This document shows positions 30,616-39,463 of a stretch of 64,000 bases of DNA, piece by piece (the stretch's first letter is position 1; each line of letters starts with the position of its first letter). The stretch is taken from contig CAVZCV010000003.1 of assembly GCA_963773875.1 (NCBI GenBank), positions 69,433-133,432 on the forward strand. The letters run 5' to 3'. Both the position numbers and the translations under genes were made by a program. Source of the stretch: Pirellulales bacterium (lineage in GTDB: Bacteria > Planctomycetota > Planctomycetia > Pirellulales > JADZDJ01). The notes under the pieces are model-generated. The model made no database searches. It was not told the DNA's origin and saw nothing but the letters and a program-made list of their open reading frames with translations.

Positions 30616-30865
30616 TGTTGGCAAAAATTCAATCGCGCCTCGGTGGCACTATTACCCCGCCAACTCCCGCCGTAGCTGTCGGTCCAACTATTACTGCCCC
30701 CACGACCCCAGTTCCGCAGCCGCTGCCCGCGCCATAAAAAGCAGAGCCATTTTCGGAAGTGCATAAAGTATCGCGCTGGCCGACAGTTGCCGACCAGCGC
30801 GATGAACTGTCGCAAACAACGTTACCGCACCCGCTTCTTTTTGAGCGGTTCGAATTGCAGTCAAA

Positions 30866-33136
30866 TCACTTCTGTTCGCTGGAGCTGTTCTCGACGGAAG
30901 TACTGTCGACCGAGCTCAGAATTTTCTTCGTCACTCGATCGGCGAACGCTTCCACATCGGCCAGCGCCGGCGACTGTTTCTCCGGCGAAAAGCCCGACTT
31001 TTCCGCGACCAGCAAACTGATCAGCATTCCGAACAAGCCTGCCGTCGGATCGGCGTGCGAGCCGTTGCCATCGCCATTGCTGCTTGGAGCACCGGCGACG
31101 AATACGCGCTGCGGCACGAGCGGCTGTTTGCTCTTGGACAATTGCTCGGCCAAGAGCGACACGGCATACAGCTTCGGATCGCCGTACGACATGATTCGCC
31201 TGAGCAATACCGCCGCTTCCGACAAACCGACTTCCGCAATCCGTTGCGCCTCGCCGCGACCTTGCAATTCGCGCTCTTGCGAGTTGGCTTCCGCCAGCAC
31301 CACGGTCTGTTCCGCCTGACGGCGCGATTTGGCCAGGTCGGCCTCCGCCATCACCACGGTCTGTTCCGCTTGCTTGCGGGCACGCGCCAAATCGGCCTCG
31401 CCGTGGCTTTCGGCAATTTGCACCTGCACACGCGAGTTGGTGAGCTCGGTTTGCATGTTGGCTTGTGCCTGAGCCTCATTGAGGATCTGCAGCTTTTCCG
31501 CTGCAGCCCGTTGGCGTTCGTACGTTTCGATCTGTTCGACCGAAAGTTGCCGCTCGCGCAATTGCTCCAGCAAGGTTTCGATTTTCGTATCGCCTTGTGG
31601 CGGATCGGGCTTGCCGATCAGCACATCGACGCATTCGATATCGAACTCGCGGAACCGCTTACGCAGCGTTTCACGAGCTTCGGTTTGGATTTGATCGCGT
31701 TCATGCAGTAACTCCAACATGGTTTTCCGATGCGCTACGTCGCGGAAAAACGCCGAGAGCATCGGGTCAAGCGTTTGCGTGATCAATTTTTTCACGTCGC
31801 CAAAACGCTGGATAACGCTGGGCGCCCGTTGGTAGTCGATATGCACGACGACCGAGAGCGGCAACAGCGGCTCGTAAGCGTCTTTAGTAACGAGGTCAAT
31901 CGATCGCAAACTTTCATCGTAACGGTGCGACTCGCTTTTGCCGGTTATCCAGTGCAGCACAAAGTTTGTGGTAGGCACCAAAATAATGGCGCCGGCAAAC
32001 GTGTTGAACGGATACTTGCCCGGCCCCAGCGGCCGCTCCCATACGCCGCGCTCACCTTCGGCGACACGCTCGCCGTGGCGAAACGCAGTACCGGAAACAT
32101 CTTCTCCAACTCGTCCATAATAGCTGACCACCACGCCAACGTACCCAATGGGCACGACGGTTTTTGGAATCATCTCGATCGAAGCAAACCAACGGTTGAT
32201 GAAATATGTGCCATCCGTTAGCGGCACATACTGGCGACCACGGCGGCCGCCTGCCCGCAGGAACGCTTCTGCATCTTGATAATTGTTGTGGTAGTTTTCT
32301 CCCGCCGGATCGGTGCCCACGGCCGGAGCGATAATCTCGCCCGGCGCCAGCGACGGCCCATCGTGAATGGTCACGATGCCAATGCCATCGACCTCACGTG
32401 GGTTCTCGCCATCGAGCGGATCGCTGGTTGCCATCGGGCGTCCGACAACGATTGGATCGAAACCGCCGCAGGCCAGTAGCTCTTCATGCCACTGGGCGAT
32501 GGCTTCCGCCTCCTGGCGATCTAACAGATGTCGCAGCGAATGAACCTTGCTTTCCGTAATCACAATAAACATCGCCAGGTTCACGGCATACACACCTTCG
32601 CGTAAGATCGCCCGTTGCCGACCACGTTGTCCACGAACGGCATTTGGCGAACCATCGCCATTCAGGAACTGACGAGCATCCTGAAAGTGATTGCACGACA
32701 CAATGCGGCCCAGGGTTTGACCGGCCGTAAGCGGCTCGCCATCGCGAGCATACACGTAGCCGATTTTTCCTTGGGCGATCGTGACCATGCGCATCTTGTG
32801 AACGCGGTATTGGCCGCGCCACAAACGGAAGTGCACGCCACCACGCAACAGCTCGGCCTGATAACCAGCCTCGCCATTGAGCGCGATGATGCGCCCTTCC
32901 GGCACGGAGCCGGCGGCAGACCAGAGCTTTTCCACAACGGCAGCCCGATCGTTCGGCACGTAGCGGAGCGTCATCCACGTGGCAAAGGCCAATACAAACA
33001 GCACGACCATCGCCACGAACAGCGCTCCCGTCACCGCGACAAGCCACTGTTCGATGCTTGCGCCCATTCCGGCGCCGACAATCTTCCAACCCGACGGACC
33101 CAGCAGTAACGAACCATACACAAGATTGGCAAACAT
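30866..33136 (-). CDS. Flotillin-like SPFH/Band-7 domain protein (YqiK/FloT family), 756 aa
   Basis: N-terminal TM helix. SPFH region 'VPIGYVGVVVSYYGRVGEDVSG'. Long C-terminal coiled coil with the duplicated repeat 'DLARARKQAEQTVVMAEADLAKSRRQAEQTVVLAEA'. Confidence 0.8.
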   Translation of the reverse strand: MFANLVYGSLLLGPSGWKIVGAGMGASIEQWLVAVTGALFVAMVVLFVLAFATWMTLRYVPNDRAAVVEKLWSAAGSVPEGRIIALNGEAGYQAELLRGGVHFRLWRGQYRVHKMRMVTIAQGKIGYVYARDGEPLTAGQTLGRIVSCNHFQDARQFLNGDGSPNAVRGQRGRQRAILREGVYAVNLAMFIVITESKVHSLRHLLDRQEAEAIAQWHEELLACGGFDPIVVGRPMATSDPLDGENPREVDGIGIVTIHDGPSLAPGEIIAPAVGTDPAGENYHNNYQDAEAFLRAGGRRGRQYVPLTDGTYFINRWFASIEMIPKTVVPIGYVGVVVSYYGRVGEDVSGTAFRHGERVAEGERGVWERPLGPGKYPFNTFAGAIILVPTTNFVLHWITGKSESHRYDESLRSIDLVTKDAYEPLLPLSVVVHIDYQRAPSVIQRFGDVKKLITQTLDPMLSAFFRDVAHRKTMLELLHERDQIQTEARETLRKRFREFDIECVDVLIGKPDPPQGDTKIETLLEQLRERQLSVEQIETYERQRAAAEKLQILNEAQAQANMQTELTNSRVQVQIAESHGEADLARARKQAEQTVVMAEADLAKSRRQAEQTVVLAEANSQERELQGRGEAQRIAEVGLSEAAVLLRRIMSYGDPKLYAVSLLAEQLSKSKQPLVPQRVFVAGAPSSNGDGNGSHADPTAGLFGMLISLLVAEKSGFSPEKQSPALADVEAFADRVTKKILSSVDSTSVENSSSEQK

Positions 33137-33651
33137 TTTCCTTCCTCCCGAGCGCGTCGAGGCTGTGCAACCGCTTCACCAGAAACGTTTGCATCCGAAA
33201 GCGCGCAACCAAATTGGATACACGCCAGAACGCAGGGTTCGCTCTGCGGTCGAAAAACATCGGGCCGATGCGCCCGCTTCGACACAAGAGAGTGCCCTTT
33301 CAACACTTGGCCGAAAACACGCGTTTCAGCCGGGCCGGCGAGGTTAGCTGTCGGGCTAGGGCTTGAAAGTGCCCCGGTTCGCACGAGCCGAACCTGCGCC
33401 CCAAGATGCGATTTTTTCGCGGCGTTTCCGCTCGCTAAACCACATCGAATTGGGTTCCCCGCTGCAGCGTCTGGCGACGCCGCATTAGGCTACACATCTC
33501 TTAATTATATCGTGTTTTTCAAACCTCCCGAAATACACTTTTGCGATTGCATCGCAATGGCAATCGCCGATTGCGGATGCGACAAACCGATTTCTAGTGG
33601 CACATATTTTGCATCAATCGCCGGTCAACGCCGGCCGCTCAACATCGAAAT

Positions 33652-34635
33652 TCATTGTCCGGCTTTCACCAACCCATCAATCGTTTCCTGCGGTGCGCGA
33701 AACACGGTGCCGTGCTTCATGCCGGCAGGCACAACAAGCTGGTCCGAAATATCGTCCCACTTTTTCAAATCGTCCGAAAAGACCACGCCGTACTTTCGAT
33801 CGCGATATTTGTCGAAGTAAATAAACCACCGCCCGCCGATCTTGATCGGCGTCGGCCCTTCTGCCCAATACGCCCCCGTAATTGGCGGCGTGGGCTCGCC
33901 GTATGGTCCTTCGGCATGTTCGGCAAACGCCAGGCGGATATTTTTTTGCGGCGTTAAGGGTTTGTTCGTTTCATCTTTCATCACCATCACGTAACGAGCG
34001 CCGTCTTTAAAAATCGCTGCGTCGATCACGTTGAAGCCGTGCTCGTACAAGAGCGCCGCCTTGCTGAAGGTTTCAAAATCCTTGGTCGTCACGTAGTAAA
34101 TGCGGTGATTCAGCGATTCGCCTTTCTGGCCCTTGTCGCTTTGCCCATCGGTTTGCGGGAAGCGGCCGGGAATGGTTGTGGCCCAAAAGATCAGGTACTG
34201 CTGTTTCTCGTCGTCGTAAAAAAGTTCCGGCGCCCAGCAGTTCACCGTGCCTGGTTCGTGCGCCATGACGGGCAGATATTTTTGCTCAGACCAGTGAATC
34301 AAATCTTTCGACGAGGCATAGCCAATGCCCGGCTCGTGCCAGCTGACCGTCCACACCATGCGATACACGCCATCTGGCCCGCGCACAATCGACGGATCGC
34401 GCATCAACTTGTCGCGTCCCGCCGTCGGCTTGAGCAACGATTTATCGCCATTGAGCGCCGTCCAACGCAATCCGTCCTCGCTGTGCGCCAGATGCAGTCC
34501 ATCTTCGCCGTTGTTTTTGAAGTAGGCGAACAGCAAATGATCGCGCGCCGGCCCATCGATCGGCGGTTGCGCAGCCGCCAGCGATGTGCAGGCCAAGACG
34601 ATCAAGATCGCGAGAAAGATTTTGTTGTGTTTCAT
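33652..34635 (-). CDS. Secreted glycoside hydrolase family 43-like five-bladed beta-propeller protein
   Basis: Signal 'MKHNKIFLAILIVLACTSLAAA'. Also 'LMRDPSIVRGPDGVYRMVWT', 'WAPELFYDD' and 'YYVTTKDFETF'. The alternative start at 34683 adds 16 aa. Confidence 0.65.
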   Translation of the reverse strand: MKHNKIFLAILIVLACTSLAAAQPPIDGPARDHLLFAYFKNNGEDGLHLAHSEDGLRWTALNGDKSLLKPTAGRDKLMRDPSIVRGPDGVYRMVWTVSWHEPGIGYASSKDLIHWSEQKYLPVMAHEPGTVNCWAPELFYDDEKQQYLIFWATTIPGRFPQTDGQSDKGQKGESLNHRIYYVTTKDFETFSKAALLYEHGFNVIDAAIFKDGARYVMVMKDETNKPLTPQKNIRLAFAEHAEGPYGEPTPPITGAYWAEGPTPIKIGGRWFIYFDKYRDRKYGVVFSDDLKKWDDISDQLVVPAGMKHGTVFRAPQETIDGLVKAGQ

Positions 34636-35024
34636 TTTTCGCCCGTTCATGCGTGGTGAGGAACGCTGTGTCATCGAGAACATGTGTTGTGGAAAACAGG
34701 GTTTTGTGAATTGTTCAATGCATCATTCATTTGCTTACTCGATCGCCGCTACGCTGTCCATTCCGAGGCCGCGAGACAAAACATCGCCGCCACTCCTGCG
34801 TCGCCTTTGCTGGATTCCGGATCCAAAAGTGTCCGAACGGGCATTCGCGTTGTGCTCCACGCTTGGCTGTGGTTTTTTCCATGCTGTATTTTCCCAAATG
34901 GCTGAATCCGCGAGGAAAACGTGTGTCGCGAAAATGTTGCCGAAACGTTGAGCACCCGCGCCGCTCGTTTCGTTCGAGAAAAACGCGCGTGCCGGCTGCC
35001 ACTCCGCCCCAAATCGCGTTTCAG

Positions 35025-35097
35025 AGTGAAATAACTGCGGCGCTTTGTACGGGAAATCTCGAGCAATCGGGCCGAGTTTTTTCACAGTTATTTCACT
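35025..35097. repeat. 13-bp perfect inverted repeat (AGTGAAATAACTG ... CAGTTATTTCACT) flanking a 47-bp spacer, in a 0.9 kb intergenic region
   Basis: 35025-35037 is the exact reverse complement of 35085-35097. It is AT-rich in a GC-rich background. 'GTTTTTTCAC' recurs at 35075 and 35150. Confidence 0.6.
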
Positions 35098-35547
35098 GCC
35101 TCGAATTGAGGCACGAAAACGATCGGGAAATCCCGCCCGAATCGCCCCCGGTTTTTTCACCCGGCTCGCGAACGGCGTTAAAGCCGCGTTCGTGATTGTC
35201 TGTCCGTTCCAATCCATGATCTCACGCCCCTCGAAACGTTTGCCTTCCTTAATTTGCCTACCTGTAGTGATCCCGGACCTTGACGGAAGACCGGGATCCT
35301 ATGGGTCCAGGAATATATTAGTGAACATGCGATAATATGTCAAGGGCCATTTTTGGCCACCGGAAAACTTTCTTTGTCGCGTCATGGTGGCCAGGCCACC
35401 GGCTCCGGTAACGGCAGTAGTGCAATGATTGCCCGCTCATCTATTTACGCTTGGATAGCGGCGATTCGGCCGAAATAGTCGCGCCTGATGGATGGACTGC
35501 ACTTTCGGATGTTCAAGCTCACGGGTGCCGGAATACAGCGCAGCGTT

Positions 35548-35553
35548 TATAAT
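35548..35553 (+). promoter_or_regulatory. Candidate sigma70-type -10 box (TATAAT) upstream of the first gene of the tandem array
   Basis: Perfect TATAAT lies ~47 nt upstream of the ATG at 35600. TTGACC is at 35553-35558 and the GGAGG RBS at 35585-35589. There is no strong -35 at canonical spacing. Confidence 0.35.
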
Positions 35554-35599
35554 TGACCAAGCGCAAATGGTCCCATTTTAATTTGGAGGTAACATTCCG

Positions 35600-36157
35600 A
35601 TGTTCATTCCAAACATGCTCCTTCTCATTGGGGTTGCCCTTCGCTGCGGCATTTCAGGACTTAGTCAAGCGCCGGCAGAAATTTGGGAAGATACCGCCGT
35701 GATCTATGCCGAGGTTCTTGGAGTTCAAAGTGGCGCTGGCCACGGGTTTATCATTGAGCTGAAGCCATTGGCCACACTATCGGGTCGGGTCGATGCAGCG
35801 TTTGAAGGGAAACTGTTTGCTACGGTCGTCATTGGTGACTCTCAAATACGCGAGATTAGTGCCCCTCCCAAAAAAGGCGCAAAAGTAATCGCAGTTGTCA
35901 TTCAAAACAATTCGAAATGGCACAACGCGGGAATTCCCAATGGGAGTGCGTCGTTCTTGCCTTTAACCGGACTTAATACGGCCCCTTGTCTCTTTGAAGT
36001 CACCGGGTTCGACGATCCAAAGGTGACCGAGACGATCGAAAAGCTCCAGAAGCTGCGAGGCAAGCAGCGCGAGGAAGCCGAAAAAGCCGCCGCCGAAAAA
36101 GCGCAGTCCGGCAAGAACCCCATCACCCCACCCACCACCGCCGCCGCCGGCAAATAG
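35600..36157 (+). CDS. Small secreted protein, tandem-array paralog 1 (conserved 'CLFEVTGFDDPKVTETIE-L-KLRG-QREEAEKAAAEKAQSGKNP' tail)
   Basis: GGAGG RBS. Signal peptide 'MFIPNMLLLIGVALRCGISGLSQA'. Family motifs 'WEDTAVIYAEVLG', 'LKPLATLSGRVDAA' and 'AKVIAVVIQ'. Conserved C-terminal 55 aa. Confidence 0.75.
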   Translation: MFIPNMLLLIGVALRCGISGLSQAPAEIWEDTAVIYAEVLGVQSGAGHGFIIELKPLATLSGRVDAAFEGKLFATVVIGDSQIREISAPPKKGAKVIAVVIQNNSKWHNAGIPNGSASFLPLTGLNTAPCLFEVTGFDDPKVTETIEKLQKLRGKQREEAEKAAAEKAQSGKNPITPPTTAAAGK

Positions 36158-36222
36158 CTCGCCGGTCGGAACAATCCCCAGTACCAACAAAGGTTCCTGA
36201 TCCTGACACCTTTTACTCTCCC
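35984..36222 (+). repeat. Direct repeat unit 1 (~240 bp; 3' end of paralog 1 plus ~65 nt 3' flank), ~85-90% identical to units at 36717-36954 and 37477-37695
   Basis: Nucleotide-level near-identity runs through '...ttcgaagtcaccgg.ttcga.ga.cc.aaggtgac.gagac.at.gaaaa.ct.c..a.ctccgc...gccgccgccgaaaaagcgcagtccggcaagaacc...tagctcgccggtcggaac.atccccagtaccaa.aaaggttcctga...tgacaccttttactctccc'. Confidence 0.8.
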
Positions 36223-36288
36223 AATATCGAGAATCCCCAGTTCCAGTAGTTGTGTTGTAGGTCAAGTCTCATTTTGAAAGGAGAGATA

Positions 36289-36887
36289 ATGATAGGCTCC
36301 ATACTCGCAATACTGATCAATCTGGCAAGCACATGCGGCACGATTGGAGCCGACGTCGAGGACCGTTCGTTCTGGTCCTTCTCCTCGGTTATTTATGCCG
36401 AAGTGCTCGGTACGACAAAATCGACGGCTGATCATCCCGGCGACAAGATTACGTTGCGGCCGATTTCCACGCTTACCGGATCCTTCGATTGCGCATATGT
36501 CGGGCAATTTACAGCGGGAACGCAGGTTGGCGCTGACTCAGCGCAATCGATGAATTGCCCCCGAATGGCGCGAAGGTAATCGCACTTGTCTTACACGGGA
36601 AGCCGGGAGATTGGCAAATTAAGGACACGCAATTCCTCATCCCCAATAACGGCTGTGCCTATTTTCCCGCGGCGGAGCGTCCAAAAGGTTACGTCCAAGA
36701 TTATCACAAAAAATATCCGTGCCTCTTCGAAGTCACCGGCTTCGACGATCCAAAGGTGACGGAGACGATCGAAAACCTGCGCAAGCTCCGCGGCCAACAG
36801 CGCGAGGAAGCCGAAAAAGCCGCCGCCGAAAAAGCGCAGTCCGGCAAGAACCCCACCACCCCACCCGCGCCCGACGCCGGCAAGTAG
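36289..36887 (+). CDS. Small secreted protein, tandem-array paralog 2 (indel near 36540-36580 as assembled)
   Basis: AAGGAGAG RBS. Signal 'MIGSILAILINLASTCGTIGA'. 'FWSFSSVIYAEVLG' and 'LRPISTLTGSFDCA' in frame 1. Then 'AKVIALVLHG...CLFEVTGFDDPKVTETIENLRKLRGQQREEAEKAAAEKAQSGKNPTTPP' in frame 0. Confidence 0.72.
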
Positions 36888-36954
36888 CTCGCCGGTCGGA
36901 ACGATCCCCAGTACCAAAAAAGGTTCCTGACCTCCTGACACCTTTTACTCTCCC
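36717..36954 (+). repeat. Direct repeat unit 2 (see 35984-36222)
   Basis: Same conserved 3'-coding plus 3'-flank segment as units 1 and 3. Confidence 0.8.
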
Positions 36955-37033
36955 GACAAAATTTCAGAAACCGAACGTGGTAATGAAGTGTTTCAATAAA
37001 GGGCGATTAACTATGCGTTCGGAGGACATGTAG

Positions 37034-37708
37034 ATGCTCAACGTACTACTTGGGATCTCATTTTTAGTTAGTATATGCCGAGTGATCGTTGAGGACGGTT
37101 CGCCTCCCGAGCTTTGGCAGAATGCGGCGGTTTTATACGCTGAAGTCCAATCTACTAAATTAAATAATGAAGAGATTCCCAATAAATCTGATAAACACCC
37201 AGGCGGCGCGCTCCAGAATGCAGATTATTCGATACGCATCAAACCAATCGCCACATTGACAGGGAATTTCGATTCAGCGCGGGAACAAGATATTGAAATT
37301 CAAACGCAGGTTTTTGGCACGGCAGTGATGGATCAAGGTGCAATACACCAGGTTCCAGCCAACCACGCCAAGATAATCGTCATGATTAAATGGAACGATT
37401 CGGCATCCGACCGTAAAAACCGAGTGCCCACTTGGGATGTACGTTTTTTTCCCCAGGATACGAACAAAAATCGGCCCGCCCTGTTCGAAGTCACCGGTTT
37501 CGATGACCCGAAGGTGACCGAGACAATTGAAAACCTGCGAAAACTCCGCGCCGACCAAAATTCCACTAGTATTTTACGGCCCTTTTTTGAGAAGTCGCCC
37601 GAACGCGCCGAAAACGCCGCCGCCGAAAAAAAGCGCAGTCCGGCAAGAACCCTACCACCCCACCCGCGCCCGCCGGCAAATAGCTCGCCGGTCGGTGATC
37701 GCTCGTGA
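37034..37708 (+). CDS. Small secreted protein, tandem-array paralog 3. The C-terminus is frameshifted by an A7 run at 37626-37632 (A5 in paralogs 1 and 2). The corrected stop would be 37683
   Basis: GGAGGA RBS. Signal 'MLNVLLGISFLVSICRVIV'. Motifs 'WQNAAVLYAEV', 'IKPIATLTGNFDSA', 'AKIIVMIKW' and 'ALFEVTGFDDPKVTETIENLRKLR'. A ~45-nt divergent insert precedes the 'AENAAAEKK' tail. Confidence 0.72.
   Translation: MLNVLLGISFLVSICRVIVEDGSPPELWQNAAVLYAEVQSTKLNNEEIPNKSDKHPGGALQNADYSIRIKPIATLTGNFDSAREQDIEIQTQVFGTAVMDQGAIHQVPANHAKIIVMIKWNDSASDRKNRVPTWDVRFFPQDTNKNRPALFEVTGFDDPKVTETIENLRKLRADQNSTSILRPFFEKSPERAENAAAEKKRSPARTLPPHPRPPANSSPVGDRS
37477..37695 (+). repeat. Direct repeat unit 3 (see 35984-36222), carrying an internal ~45-nt divergent insertion
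   Basis: Conserved 'ttcgaagtcaccggtttcgatgacccgaaggtgaccgagac' ... 'gccgccgccgaaaaaaagcgcagtccggcaagaacc' ... 'tagctcgccggtcgg'. Confidence 0.75.
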
Positions 37709-37748
37709 ACGACTACGGCAGCACTCATCAACGGCCGATGCGATTGAC

Positions 37749-39322
37749 TCAATGCGTCCAGCCGCAAATCGTGGCCAGGCCGCGAATGGCGCCGCTGCCG
37801 CCGCCGAAGCACTGGCAAAGAATGACGCTGCCCACGCCCATCAGCCCCACGGTCGGCGGTTCCGGCACGGGCACAATGATGCCCACCACGGATGTATTGA
37901 AATTGTTATAGGCCGAATACGTGCCGCGCATCCAAATCAGTGCGAATTGCGATTGATCGATCACGCTCACCTGCGGTCGCACATTATCGGTCGTCGAGTT
38001 CGAAGTGATCGCCGACCAGTTCCACGTCGTTCCGCCGTCGCTGGTGACGCCTTTGAAAATCTCCCAATGCGCAAGCGGCGAGTCGGTATCGGGCGTGTAG
38101 TTGGTCGAGACGAAAACCGTGTTCGGGTCGTTCGGCACCAGCGTCGCCAGGCCGGCATAGTCGTTCTCGCCGTTGTAGAGCGGGCTGCCGGCGAAGCCCA
38201 TGCGGTGCGTTTGCCACGCGGCGCCATCCCAGCGCGAATAGTAATAATCCATGCTGTTGGCGATGTACGAACTATTGGGGTTGTTCTTCCGCACGCTGAA
38301 GATCAAAAACGGATTGCCACTGGCGTCGAGCTCCACATCGTTCGCCCACGAGGCAACGCTGTTGGCGTTGCCAGCGTAAATTTGCGTGAACGCGGTTGGG
38401 GAATAGCTGTATCCAGTGCCGCTGGCAATTGCCGCTGCATTGTTGTTCGCCGGCGCCGGAAAAGGAGTTTGAGCGGTGCTGATCTGCCCGTTACTGCCGG
38501 CAACCGTCGACCCATCAGCCTTATGCACGGTGCCAACGCCATTGGCATCGAACTGCAAATAGCCGGCGAACAGGCTGTTCGCGAAATCGCGCGGATGATC
38601 GTTCGTGGTGATGAACCAAATCTTGTCGGAACCGTTCGAGGCATATTTGACGTACGGCCTTCCCGGGCCGCTGTTGTTCGGATTCACCCAATACAGAAAG
38701 TGGCCGCCGTAGGCAAAGCTCAACGACGAATCGTTGGTCGGATTCAAGCCCGTGAACGTCGAATAATTTGGATCGTAGCCGATGCTGCGCGAGAAATTGT
38801 AAATCTTGTTCGGCACGCTCAAATAAAACGGATTGGCGTATGTGTTACCATTGCCATCGCTGGGCGGGTTGGCACTGCCTGTTTGCTCCGCACCCCAACT
38901 CGCCGTGCTGCCGGGATCGGTGCTAATGCGCCACGCACGAGATTATCGGTGCCGTGGCGTTGAAATACCGCCAGGTAGCGGCCATCGGGCAGCACGACGA
39001 AAGCCGGCACATCGTGGTCGTCCTGCTGTAGCGCGCTGTGCAACGTGAACGTCGACGGCGTTTGCGTTGCCAAACTATAGCTCGTGACGCGAATATCACC
39101 GGCCGTCGCGCCATTGGCGGTCGTGCCTGCAACGGAACCAATAATGAGCTGATGGTTATCGACAATCACGCGCGGATCTTGAAACCACGACCAGCCGCCG
39201 TTTTGCGTAAAGGTAATGAGCGAACCGGCAACGTCATTTGCGGCAAACGACCGGTTGCAAATTGCAAGTATCACAAGAAGCTGTAGCCCAACAGCCGTGC
39301 CATGAATCCGAAAATGTCGCAT
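37749..39322 (-). CDS. BNR/Asp-box repeat (sialidase-fold-like) cell-surface protein with a C-terminal PEP-CTERM-like anchor. Split as two ORFs, with an indel near 38820-38960
   Basis: Signal 'MRHFRIHGTAVGLQLLVILAICNRSFAA' in ORF 38819-39427. Asp-box 'VTSDGGTTWNW'. C-terminal 'IVPVPEPPTVGLMGVGSVIL' (VPEP plus hydrophobic helix) in ORF 37749-38822. Confidence 0.65.
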
Positions 39323-39463
39323 CCTCGAAGCTCCTCTCATCCGGGCAACGCTGTCCCCAGACTTTGCGAATCGAACAAGATTCGCACCAGCGAACAAAAT
39401 CGCCGCAGATGCGGCGTCGGGCCACACCTGCGGCGGTGTGCATCAATCGACATATCCGCCAAA

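Noticed and set aside
34735-35217. 160-aa ORF (-) and several shorter ORFs in the 34.7-35.6 kb region
   Set aside because: They overlap each other in multiple frames, lack RBS and span the inverted-repeat and AT-rich elements. I judge them non-coding with moderate confidence only.
35963-37818. Antisense ORFs 35963-36265(-), 36591-36941(-) and 37333-37818(-) encoding Gly-rich 'VPTGELFAGGGGGGWGDGVLAGLRFFGGGFFGFLALLA' peptides
   Set aside because: They are the reverse-strand shadow of the conserved C-terminal tail repeat (GCC/GAA-rich coding gives open antisense frames). The same pseudo-protein repeats three times because the sense DNA repeats. They lack RBS and start context.
37527-38963. 478-aa ORF (+) antisense to the BNR/PEP-CTERM gene, and 10037-11035(-) antisense to tilS, 48416-49585(-) alternate frame of coxA, 55811-56560(+) antisense to actB
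   Set aside because: These are long open antisense or alternate frames, common in high-GC DNA. The opposite-strand or other-frame genes have clear domain signatures, while these have Arg/His/Gly-rich composition.
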